Positions 37,668 through 50,500 of a DNA stretch of 64,000 nt are shown here, in pieces. The stretch comes from Hormiphora californensis (taxonomy: Eukaryota > Animalia > Ctenophora): positions 2,666,001 through 2,730,000 of the forward strand of contig CM035359.1 in the NCBI GenBank assembly GCA_020137815.1, in the 5' to 3' direction. The stretch's first letter is position 1. Each line of letters begins with the position of its first letter. Under the pieces are notes generated by a model that was given only the letters and a program-made list of their open reading frames with translations, searched no databases and had not been told where the DNA came from. The translations under genes and the position numbers were made by a program.

Positions 37668-38085
37668 AGGCCCCTAGAAGCCCCTAGAGGACCCTAGAGG
37701 CCCCCTAGAGGCCCCTAGAGGCCCCCTAGAGGCCCCTAAAGGCCCCTTAAGGCCCCTAGAGGCCCCTAGAAGCCCCTAGAGGCCCCCTAGAGGCCCCTGG
37801 AGGCCCCCTAGAGGCCCCTTAAGGCCCCTAGAGGTCCCTAGAAGCCCCTAGAGGCCCCCTAGAAGCCCCTAGAGGCCCCTAGAGGCCCCCTAGAGGCCCT
37901 TAGAGGCCCCTAGAGGCCCCTAGAGGCCCCCTAGAGGCCCCTAGAGGCCCCTAGAGGACCCTAGAGGCCCCCTAGAGGCCCCTAGAGGCCCCCAGAGGCC
38001 CCCTAAAGGCCCCTAGAAGCCCCCTAGAAGCCCCTATAGGCCCCTAGAAGCCCCTAGAGGCCCCTAAAAGCCCCTAGAGGCCCCA
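37668..38085. repeat. 10/11-bp minisatellite (GAGGCCCC[C]TA)n
   Basis: Directly visible. A short inverted copy lies at 37287-37330. Confidence 0.95.
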
Positions 38086-38700
38086 AATCGAGAAGAAAGC
38101 ATAAAATATGGGGCCAGAAATCACTCAAACTTGCTGATTTATCGCAAAAATAAGGTGACCCGAATTAGCCGCTTTGCCTGTGACCCGAATTACAAACATG
38201 ACCCGAATTAGACACACTGTTTTATGACGTCATTTTGGTAAATCAATAATGACGTAATTCCTTCAAAAACTTAGCCAATAAGTGCTGAATTATCCCATTG
38301 GATAAAATCATATGTTTTCTTCTCGAAAAAATTCCGCAAATTCACGGGAATACCAATTGAATCCAAAATCGGGAAATGAACGATATTCCGTATTTCAAAT
38401 TTTCCCGCCAAATCTTGTTACATTAGAATGGCCCGAATTACAAACAAGTGACCCGAATTACCAACTGACCCGAATTACCCCCTCCTACCCTATGCCAAAA
38501 AATGTCTTATAGCTATTTATTGTTATGTTAGCATGTACATGTATCATGTGTATTCAGTATCATGTGTATTCAGTATGTGTATTCAGTATTGTATTTTCTG
38601 CTCGTTTTCAATCATTTTAAAATCGCCTATAATACTATCCTAATATCTTATTTGAATACGATTTCTGAAGAGCGAACCCAATCTAGATTGTTCTCGACCA

Positions 38701-39036
38701 CCCCCATAAAAAAAGTCGCTTGGCAAATTCCCTCGTCGCTCGGCAATTGGTTCGGCAACAACAGGTGGTTTGCCGAGCCAGTCGCTCGGCTAATCAAGGA
38801 AATCTCGGTGATTTCACCGCGTTCTTACAGAAAAAGCACATTTTTTCAGCACTTTGTATTTTTCAGCAGGAGATTTTGAAAAAAAGTGCTGAAAAAATGT
38901 ACTTTTTCTGTAAGAACGCGGTGAAAACACGGCGACTTCCTTGATTAGCCGAGCGACTGGCTCGGCAAACCACCTGTTGTTGCCGAACCAATTGCCGAGC
39001 GACGAGGGAATTTGCCAAGCGACTTTTTTATGGGGG
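38701..39036. mobile_element. 336-bp palindromic MITE, CCC...GGG ends, possible 2-bp CA TSD (CMC/EnSpm-like)
   Basis: ~155-bp near-perfect arms. It produces the mirror ORFs KKVAWQIPSSLGNWFG on both strands. Confidence 0.85.
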
Positions 39037-39216
39037 CAGCTCAAAACTGAATTCCCGCTCAGACATCTGAGCCATCGCCTGGGCACTGGATATCTTGTAT
39101 TGCGTTCTAGGAGAGAGCTGTGTGTTAGCTCACTGGTATGTGTGAAGTGTGTGTTATCTCACTTACAATTACCTCTGTTGGCGTTGCGTTTTTAGTACGT
39201 CTGTATTCTGTAATGC

Positions 39217-40612
39217 CTCTGTAGGCCCTACAGGGCGTCTGTAGGTCCTACAGGGCGTCTGTAGGTCCTAGAGGGTGTCTGTAGGTCCTACAGGGCGTCT
39301 GTAGGTCCTAGAGGGTGTCTGTAGGTCCTACAGGGCGTCTTTAGGTCCTACACGGCGTCTGTAGGTCCTACAGGGCGTCTGTAGGACCTACAGGGTGTCT
39401 GTAGGTTAGACAGGGCGTCTGTAGGTCCTACAGGGCGTCTGTAGGCCCTAAAGGGTGTCTGTAGGTTCTACAGGGCGTCTGTAGGTCCTACAGGGCGTCT
39501 GTAGACCCTACAGGGTGTCTGTAGGCCCTACAGGGCGTCTGTAGGTCCTAAAGGGCGTCTGTAGGGCCTAAAGGGTGTCTGTAGGCCCTAAAGGGCGTCT
39601 GTAAGATCTACACGGCGTCTGTAGGTCCTACAGGGCGTCTGTAGGACCTACAGGGTGTCTGTAGGTTAGACAGGGCGTCTGTAGGTCCTACAGGGCGTCT
39701 GTAGGTCCTACAGGGCATCTGTAGGTCCTACAGGGCGTCTGTAGACCCTACAGGGCGTCTGTAGGCCCTACAGGGCGTCTGTAGGTCCTAAAGGGCGTCT
39801 GTAGGGCCTAAAGGGTGTCTATAGGCCCTAAAGGGCGTCTGTAAGATCTACACGGCGTCTGTAGGCCCTACACGGCGTCTGTTGGTCCTACAAGGCGTCT
39901 GTAGGTCCTACAGGGCGTCTGTAGGCCCTACAGGGCGTCTGTAGGTCCTACAGGGCGTTTGTAGGTCCTACAGGGCTTTTGTAGGTCCTACAGGGCATCT
40001 GTAGGTCCTACAGTGCGTCTGTAGGTCCTACAGGGCGTCTGTAGGTCCTACAGGGCGTTTGTAGGTCCTACAGGGCTTTTGTAGGTCCTACAGGGCATCT
40101 GTAGGTCCTACACGGCGTCTGTAGGTCCTACAGGGCGTCTGTAGGCCCTACAGGGCGTCTGTAGGTCCTAAAGGGCGTCTGTAGGGCCTAAAGGGTGTCT
40201 ATAGGCCCTAAAGGGCGTCTGTAAGATCTACACGGCGTCTGTAGGCCCTACACGGCGTCTGTAGGCCCTACATGGCGTCTGTAGGTCCTACAAGGCGTCT
40301 GTAGGTCCTACAGGGCGTCTGTAGGCCCTACAGGGCGTCTTTAGGTCCTACAGGGTGTCTGTAAGATCTACAGGGCGTCTGTAGGTCCTACAGGGCGTCT
40401 GTAGACCCTACAGGGCGTCTGTAGGCCCTACAGGGCGTCTGTAGGTCCTAAAGGGCGTCTGTAGGGCCTAAAGGGTGTCTGTAGGCCCTAAAGGGCGTCT
40501 GTAGGCCCTATACGGCGTCTGTAGGCCCTATACGGCGTCTGTAGGCCCTACATGGCGTCTGTAGGTCCTACAAGGCGTCTGTAGGTCCTACAAGGCGTCT
40601 GTAGGGCGTCTG
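39217..40612. repeat. 20-bp satellite (GTCTGTAGGTCCTACAGGGC)n, ~70 copies
   Basis: Exact 20-bp register with recurring variant blocks. Confidence 0.95.
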
Positions 40613-41319
40613 GACTACACACCGTAGTCGGGACGTATCTTTTGCTTTCATTACCAGTGGTAAAGACGTCTCAAGCAATTCGGATTTGGTTCAATTTCAT
40701 ATGTTGGCACACCCCCAGAAGGTGGAACACCCCCAGAACACGTCAATAAATCGTGACGTCACAAGCTCGAATCAGGAGAAATGATAATCTCTCCCAATGC
40801 CGGAATTCATTACGTCACAGTACAAGTTATTGGCTAGGCTTCTTAACGTGTTCAGCTGAATTGAATCAAGATTATTTGGTGTTGCTGGCATAAATCCAGG
40901 TGCATATAATCATGTTGCATACACTGGGATTCACTAGAAGAGGAATGTATTTATAGGACATCCCTTCATGCATGTGCAATCCACATATGATCTGTGTCTG
41001 TGTGTCTATCATTCTCTCTCTCCCAGCCCCTCTGAACCCTAGCTGGGTCCTTTATCATGCACACAATCTGCAGCTGCAACATCGTGTCAGCCAAGCAAGG
41101 GAAACTGTTTATCTCCAATCCCGGTAGTGTTTTCAGAGAGAGAGAAAGAGAGGGAGATAGAGAGGGAGAAACAAAAAAGAGAGCTGAGAAACTGGATCAA
41201 ACTGCCTCTGGCAAGGTGGCATGGACAAGGAGCTCGAAACTCTATCCTGTCTCTCTACAATTAGACTGCCGTGAAGCATGATGCTCGGCAACCTTATTAA
41301 AGCAGTAAAGTGGCCAAGT

Positions 41320-41520
41320 CACGTGATGTGCTCCCCGCCAATGGGCTAGCACAGTTCACTTAGAGCGCGCGGGATAATGCAAGCTAGTGTTGCACGCTAC
41401 CCTGACGACCAATAAGAACGCGCGATGAAAAGTAGCTCGCGCAATGATACGAGCTAGTGTTGCACGCTAGTGCATTAGCCAATGAGAGCGCGTTGTTCAC
41501 ATAGCAACGAGTGCGCGAAC
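41320..41520 (+). promoter_or_regulatory. Putative DLC promoter: E-box, three CCAAT boxes, repeated GCTAGTGTTGCACGCTA and an RFX X-box-like site
   Basis: CACGTG at ~41320; CCAAT at ~41338, 41409 and 41479; GTTCACATAGCAAC at 41495-41508, ~100 bp before the ATG. Confidence 0.5.
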
Positions 41521-41607
41521 AACCGACAGTTACTGCACTTCGCATCTTCGCTCCACCCAGTTCGTTTCACGTTTTGTTGAGTATCCGACCTCTGTTTTCG
41601 TTACACC

Positions 41608-41991
<384 letters not shown>

Positions 41992-42275
41992 ATTCTCTGA
42001 GAAATGGAGCGAAATGCTAGAACATCCCCCCGATTGACACTTTTTTACCAACTCCCCTGCAGTCACACACACATGAAAACCTTGTTTACTCTGTATTGTT
42101 TATTATGAGTTGTTGTTTTTATCTTCACTATGAAAAGATCTAACGTGTTTTATTCTCCCCAAACCCTGATCTTACCCTGTTGAATTGCTTCCCAAATCCC
42201 AGCAACACCCGATTTCTCTCCAACAATACTAACCATCTCTCTTTCTCCTTTGTAGCAAGTCAAACCTAGTTAACC

Positions 42276-42656
<381 letters not shown>

Positions 42657-43077
42657 ATAGCTCTCTCCCTCCTCCTCGGCAGACATGATGACACATATTT
42701 TGAGATGAACTGACAGTGTCAGATATAGACTGGGTTTGGGTTGCGTCAGAAATGTTATTGGTCTGTGTGTGTGATTGTCAGTTATTAAGTGAAAGAGAGC
42801 TCTGAGAGCAAATGTAAATAGAAAAGAGCACATTGTATCTATTCCCCCCGATATTTTGCCACACTTCTTGTCCCCCACTGAACTTTTGAGTTTTCAATTT
42901 TCTAAACGGTGTTGGCAGGTGCAGTAGGACTGCTGTCAGATTCGGTAGAAATAGTGGTTTTTGTTTGTTTGTTGGTCCTGGTTTGTTTGGTCCATGGATA
43001 GGATCTGTGAGGGTGTGTGTGTGGTTTGGGGAGGACGATTTGGTCGGAGTGGTCTGTGTGTAGAGAGGGGAGGGAGA

Positions 43078-43136
<59 letters not shown>

Positions 43137-43150
43137 TCTCTCCCTCTCTT

Positions 43151-43253
<103 letters not shown>

Positions 43254-43541
43254 CGGAGAGAAAGAAACATATATCGTTGAGAGAGGGAAATCAGGAAATG
43301 TATGAGGGGTTGGCGGTTGCCGGGGGAAACAATTAGTACACACAACATGCATAATTTATCATGGCTGGTTGGCGTGATTATTATGGCCAACAAGGTCATG
43401 GATCACACTTCATCTGTCTGTTGTCAGTCAGTCCCACACTGTCATCCTGTCATGCCATCCTTCGAATTTGGCACACCGCTCTCTGTGTGACACACAATGT
43501 GTCCACATATATTCCCATTTGTCACTGATCGACTCAGTGAA

Positions 43542-44056
43542 GTTTGTCTGCTGGTGTCACTGTCTGTCAGTTTGTCTGCTGGTGTCACTGTCTGTCAGTT
43601 TGTCTGCTGGTGTCACTGTCTGTCAGTTTGTCTGCTGGTGTCACTGTCTGTCAGTTTGTCTGCTGGTGTCACTGTCTGTCAGTTTGTCTGCTGGTGTCAC
43701 TGTCTGTTCAGTTGTCTGCTGGTGTCACTGTCTGTCAGTTTGTGTGCTATGTCACTGTCTGCAGTTTGTCTGTCTGGTGTCACTGTCGTTCGTTTGCTGG
43801 GTCACTGTCTGTCAGTTTGTCTGCTAGTGTCACGTCTGTCAGTTTGTCTGCTGGTGTCACTGTCTGTCAGTTTGTCTGCTGGTGTCACTGTCTGTCAGTT
43901 TGTCTGCTGGTGTCACTGTCTGTCAGTTTGTCTGCTGGTGTCACTGTCTGTCAGTTTGTCTGCTGGTGTCACTGTCTGTCAGTTTGTCTGCTGGTGTCAC
44001 TGTCTGTCAGTTTGTCTGCTAGTGTCACTGTCTGTCAGTTTGTCTGCTGGTGTCAT
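43542..44056. repeat. 28-bp minisatellite (GTTTGTCTGCTGGTGTCACTGTCTGTCA)n, ~18 copies
   Basis: Directly visible. Confidence 0.95.
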
Positions 44057-44552
44057 ATGTGTGTGTTCAGTGAGAGGAGACTTTGTTAGTACAGACAGCA
44101 CCCCCTCACTGCTCCATCTGTTTATTCGTGTGTACTTGTATTGTGTATCTTACACACCATGTCCTGTGTAACATGGTCTCTTACCCCTAATTACTCAATT
44201 AGGGGCAAGTATTATAGGCAACATTCAATCCAGCTCGTTCCCTGTCGCATTCTCATCGGAAAATTCTAGATACATTGGACTCCGATTCAGTTTGAGTTGT
44301 TTTATCAAGCAAGCTGTGTGCTATCATGTGTGTGCTGTAACGTGTACATTGTAACGTGTGTTTGTTGTAGCTACCACAGCACTGGCAAGCTGACACAACG
44401 TGGTTGTCTCGAGATGATTCAATGATTCTCTTCCTTTCCTTCCTTTCCTTCCTTTCATCTTTCTGTCATGTCTCCTTCTGTCTCTCTTCTCTCTAAATGA
44501 CCAGTCATTGACCAACCAAATGACAAACAGTCATTATTAGCTGTGAACAACA

Positions 44553-47500
44553 ATGGGTAAACACGAGAGCTATGCCCGTACTCCGGTCGGTAAAAAGTGG
44601 AGCTACACCCACTCCTTTCACTATGATCTCACTCCAACTGAGAAACTACTGAAATACTCCAACTTTATCTTCAGTTTCGCTATCGTGGTACGGGTTTGTA
44701 GGGCGGTATATTAGTGCCACTGCTCTGACCACGGTGGTTTTGAAAGAAATAGGGTCGGAGTGTCGGGCCAGTACTCGGCATGCTCTGACAGCGATATTTG
44801 GAGTTAGGATACACGCACTTTCAGTACTTTGTCTGTTTGTCTCGCACATCATTCATCTCCCTACCTCCCTCTCAGTTATTTGGTATTTCCCTGGGAGTTG
44901 TATCTGTTTATATAGATGAGGAGAGTCAGGAATTCATTCTATTTATTGGCAAGACAAATCTAACAGGTAACAGCTGATAACCAGATCGGATCGGGATCGG
45001 CCAGACACTCCGTGAATCTTTAGTTCTCCCTCTTTCCCAATGCAATTATACCCCTCCTCCCCTCCAGGACTGAAGCTGTTAATGGGGGCTGGTGCTGCCC
45101 TGGTGCTATTGGGAGCCCTCGGTCTTCTCACCACCATCAGACTTAACAGAAAACTCATGCTTTTTGTGAGTTCAAAATGGGCAAATTTCTGCATTTCCGA
45201 GGGTACTTTTATTGACACGGTGCTCGGACATAAAATTATAGATTTTAGTGCAACTGCCGGTTATAACGAGCGTCATTTTCAGTACGTCAGTGTCACATTC
45301 GTGTCCATTATTGTTCAAGGAGCTGGAGTTGGAATTGCGGTGGAGCAAATTGACACGGTGAGAAAAGTTTTGATTCTAGTTTTGATTCTAGGTGGGATAT
45401 TAGGGATATAGAGAATAATGCAATCATGTTTGGAAATTTAAGAAAGTCGAGTCTCAAGGGGAGGCACAGCAAATTAGACAAGCAGCTCTGAGCTCTGGCA
45501 AAATGTACATTGGCGCGTGTACATTGTATTTCTTGCGAGTGTGTATTTTGTGGGAGAGAGGGAGAACAGCGCGCGGCGCAAAAAACCGCACGTGCAGAAT
45601 CGAGTTATCAGTGTGTTAGCGCAGAGAGGGAGAGCGTTGGGTATGATATCCCCTCTTTCTTCTATCCTCCTGCGCTGTCTCTCTCAGTGTCATGTTATCG
45701 CGCGCGCTACGTTTAGTTAGGGATGGGGGCGAGTGAGAGATTTCACTCACTCTCTCCTACCTAGTCCTTCGAAATCGTGCATGAAGTATTGAAAAATAGA
45801 TGGGAAAGCTAATTCCTTCACCAAAGTGTCCCAATTGGTCCCCTGAACCACCAAAAAAGAGTTTACCACTCTACTCCATGGGGGGAGGTGTCATAATTGG
45901 GCCTAATTGATCCTATTCCTAACAGGGTATATCGGTAAAACAGCTTGGACACATGCTAGAAACCTAAAAATGGTCTCAAAATGCTCGTGATAAGTCAAGG
46001 AGTTCATTCAATTTTTTTAAAATTTTTCCATTTACCCAATTCCCGGTAATTGGGCTTAATTGGTCCCTAACAGGGCATCTTGTAACTTGACTTAGCGACG
46101 TGCAGAATCGAGTTATCAGTGTGTTAGCGCAGAGAGGGAGAGCGTTGGGTATGATATCCCCTCTTTCTTCTATCCTCCTGCGCTGTCTCTCTCAGTGTCA
46201 TGTTATCGCGCGCGCTACGTTTAGTTAGGGATGGGGGCGAGTGAGAGATTTCACTCACTCTCTCCTACCTAGTCCTTCGAAATCGTGCATGAAGTATTGA
46301 AAAATAGATGGGAAAGCTAATTCCTTCACCAAAGTGTCCCAATTGGTCCCCTGAACCACCAAAAAAGAGTTTACCACTCTACTCCATGGGGGGAGGTGTC
46401 ATAATTGGGCCTAATTGATCCTATTCCTAACAGGGTATATCGGTAAAACAGCTTGGACACATGCTAGAAACCTAAAAATGGTCTCAAAATGCTCGTGATA
46501 AGTCAAGGAGTTCATTCAATTTTTTTTAAATTTTTCCATTTACCCAATTCCCGGTAATTGGGCTTAATTGGTCCCTAACAGGGCATCTTGTAACTTGACT
46601 TAGCGACGTGATAGAAACTTCGGGATGGTTGCAAAATGTTCAGTAAGTTATTGGGATATTTTCTGAGTGTTTTCTAATGTTCTCAAATGCTATCAAAGTA
46701 ACGTAATTAGTCTTAATTGGTTAGCTCTAATTGTTCAAATAATTTTCCAGCATATACAAGTGAGGGCTCAAATCATGGTACAAACAGCTCTGTTATGACG
46801 TTCTAACATGTTTTAAAGGCGTTTAGATGAACAGTTGACTATATAGCTACCGTAAATATTTAATAAACTTAGCATAAACAACTCAACAGCCGGCCTGCCA
46901 GATGCCCCTAAGACCCTCCTAGATACCCCTCAGACCATACTAGCTACCCCTCAGACCCCATTAGATGCCCATCAGACCTTACAAGAAGGCCCTCAGACCT
47001 TACTATGTATCCCTCAGACACTGAAAAATGTCCCTCAGGCCCTGCTAGATACCCTTTTGATGCCCTCAGGGCATACTAGATCTTAGACCCCCTTAGATGC
47101 TCCTTAGACCCTGTTAAATACCCTCAGGCCCTATTAGATGGCAGATACCCTCAGACCGTACTAGATGTATTATCGAAAGGACATTTTGCAGTATCCAACG
47201 AGCATCTAGTAGGTTCCGAGGGGTATCTAATGGGGTCTGAGGGGTGGCTAGTATGCTCTGAGGGGTATCTAGTAGGGTCTTAGGGGCATCCTGCAGTGTT
47301 TGAAGGATATTTAGTTACGTCTGAGGGGCATCTAGTAGGGTCTGGGGGTATCTATCTAGATCTAGTAGGTCTGAGGGGTTTCTAGTAGGGTCTGGGGGTA
47401 TCTAGCTAGATCTACTACTAGATCTAGTAGGGTCTGAGGGGTATATGATGGGATCAGAGGGGTATCTAGTATGCTCTGAGAGTTATCTAAAGTGGTCATA

Positions 47501-50500
47501 GGGGCATTTAGTAGGGTATGAAGGGTATCTAGCAGGGTTTGAGGGTTAATGGGGTCTGAGGGCTATCAAGTAGGGTCTTAGGGGCATCTTGCAGTGTTTG
47601 AAGGATATCTAAAAAGGTCTGAGGGGCATCTTTTAGGGTCTGAAGGGCATTATATAATGGAGCCTGAGGGGTATCTAGTAGGCTCTGAGAGGTATTTAGA
47701 GGGGTCTTAGGCGCATCTTGCAGGGTCTGGGTAGCATCTTGTAGGATCTAAGGGGCATCTAAGGGACATCTAATGGGGTCTAAGGGCTATCTAGTATGCC
47801 CTGAGATGCCCCCAGACCCTACTAGACACCCCTCAGACCCTACTAGATCTAGTAGTAGATCTAGCTAGATACCCTCAGACCCTACTAGAAACCCCTCAGA
47901 CCTACTAGATCTAGCTAGATACCCCCAGACCCTACTAGATGCCCCTCAGACCTAACTAAATATCCTTCAAACACTGCAGGATGCCCCTAAGACCCTACTA
48001 GATACCCCTCAGAGCATACTAGCCACCCCATTAGATACCCCTGGCCCTCAGAACCTACTAGATGCTCGTTGGATACTGCAAAATGTCCTTTAGATACTAC
48101 ATCTAGTCCGGTCTGAGGGTATCTACTATCTGCCATCTAATAGGGCCTGAGGGTATCTAACAGGTTCTAAGAGCTATCTAGTATGCCCTGAGGGCATCAA
48201 AAGGGTATCTAACAGGGCCTGAGGGAATTTTTCAGTGTCTGAGGGATACATAGTAAGGTCTGAGGGCCTTCTTGTAAGGTCCGATGGGCATCTAATGGGG
48301 TCTGAGGGGTAGCTAGTATGGTCTGAGGGGTATCTAGGAGGGTCTTAGGGGCATCTGGCAGGCCGGCTGTTGAGTTGTTTATGCTAAGTTTATTAAATAG
48401 TTACGGTAGCTATATAGTCAACTGTTCATCTAAACGCCTTTAAAACATGTTAGAACGTCATAACAGAGCTGTTTGTACCATGATTTGAGCCCTCACTTAT
48501 ATTTGCTGGAAAATTATTTGAGCAATTAGAGCTAACCAATTAAGACTAATTACTTTACTTTGATGGCATTTGAGAACATTAGAAAACACTCAGAAAATAT
48601 CCCAATAACTTACTGAACATTTTGCAACCATCCCGAAGTTTCTATCACGTCGCTAAGTCAAGTTACAAGATGCCCTGTTAGGGACCAATTAAGCCCAATT
48701 ACCGGGAATTGGGTAACTGGAAAAATTTAAAAAAAATTTAATGAACTCCTTGACTTATCACGAGCATTTTGAGACCATTTTTAGGTTTCTAGCATGTGTC
48801 CAAGCTGTTTTACCGATATACCCTGTTAGGATCAATTAGGCCCAATTATGACACCTCCCCCCATGGAGTAGAGTGGTAAACTCTTTTTTGGTGGTTCAGG
48901 GGACCTATTGGGACACTTTGGTGAAGGAATTAGCTTTCCCATCTATTTTTCAATATTTTGTCTATTTCGTGCACGATTTTGAAGGGTTAACCCCCTTCCC
49001 AAAAAGAGAGGGTGCACCGTACCCAAGGGAGAGCGAGGGTCGCATTTTGTGTGTGCATTGCTTTGGTTTGGTTGTGTGTGCCGTGTGTCAGCTGCAGTGT
49101 GTCCTTTTCAGTTTTTATTCTTTGTGTGGCTCAAACCGTCATTTTATTTCAAAATGAGCTGTGATTGTTGACAATCTAGATTTTAAATTTCCGTGAAAAT
49201 GCTGCTCCCCGGAAACCCAATTTGGCAATTTACCAGGCACGACCCTTTTCCCCGAACAACCCGCCAACCCGGTAAATCGGGGTCCGACTGTTACTACTAA
49301 TAATACAGTTCATATTGACAATTCCCTACCTCGTGCTGTAGATAAAGACCGGGGTGAACAATACATTTTACGACATGTTCAAGTACTACGCTGACTACAA
49401 CTTCGAAGAGAATTCCACAACTCCAATCGATTACATGCAAACGACGGTGAGTAACAGATACAGATACAGCAATGTTCGGCACTAATAAACTAGAGTTGTT
49501 TTGCAGATACTGTTAGTTTGAATATTAGCTTTACCCCAACTTTGACCGGTTCTTTCGGAATCTTGCAGTGCCATCTCTCCAACCCCTTCTCTTAATATTG
49601 CAGATTGCAATGTTGAGGGCCATCTCTTGACACCTATGAACAACTATTGACACCTTGAACTCTCCCCCCAAACTTGACCCCTTCTCCCCTCTCTTAGTTG
49701 CAATCCCCCTTCTCCCTCCCTTTCAGACTTCAGTTACAATGTTGTGACCCCTTCTCTCCCTTTCTCAGTTACAATGTTGTGACCCCTTCTCTCCCTCTCT
49801 CAGTTACAATGCTGTGGCCCCTTCTCTCCCCTCTCTCAGTTACAATGCTGTGGCCCCTTCTCTCCCCTCTCTCAGTTACAATGCTGTGGCCCCTTCTCTC
49901 CCCTCTCTCAGTTACAATGCTGTGGCCCCTTCTCTCCCCTCTCTCAGTTACAATGCTGTGGCCCCTTCTCTCCCCTCTCTCAGTTACAATGCTGTGGCCC
50001 CTTCTCTCCCCTCTCTCAGTTACAATGCTGTGGCCCCTTCTCTCCCCTCTCTCAGTTACAATGCTGTGGCCCCTTCTCTCCCCTCTCTCAGTTACAATGC
50101 TGTGGCCCCTTCTCTCCCCTCTCAGTTACTATGTTGTGACCCCTTCTCTCTCCCCTCTCAGTTACTATGTTGTGACCCCTTCTCTCCCCTCTCTCTCAGT
50201 TACAACTTACAATCCTGTGACCCCTTCTCTCCCTCTCTTGACCCCTTCTCTCCCTCTCTTGACCCCTTCTCTCCTCTCTTGACCCCTTCTCTCCCCTCTC
50301 TCTCAGTTACAACTTACAATCCTGTGACCCCTTCTCTCCCTCTCTTGACCCCTTCTCTCCCCTCTCTCTCAGTTACAACTTACAATCCTGAGACCCCTTC
50401 TCTCCCTCTTTTGACCCCTTCTCTCCTCTCTTGACCCCTTCTCTCCCACCTCTCTCAGTTACAACTTACAATCCTGTGACCCCTTCTCCCCTCTTTTGAC

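Larger units (their letters stand above)
35207..38490. mobile_element. TA-flanked non-autonomous DNA transposon (host element) with TGACCCGAATTA subterminal repeats
   Basis: GGGTAGGCGGGGGTAATTCGGGTCA ... TGACCCGAATTACCCCCTCCTACCC, with TA on both sides. Confidence 0.8.

Noticed and set aside
38562-39195. Similar ORFs on both strands (also 13650/13822)
   Set aside because: A consequence of palindromic MITE arms.
39217-40612. Palindromic 20-bp repeat array as a CRISPR
   Set aside because: Units are head-to-tail with no unique spacers, there are no cas genes, and the context is eukaryotic.
43468-44171. Cys-rich repeat ORFs
   Set aside because: The 28-bp unit is not a multiple of 3, the frames cycle, and I found no credible start or splice context.
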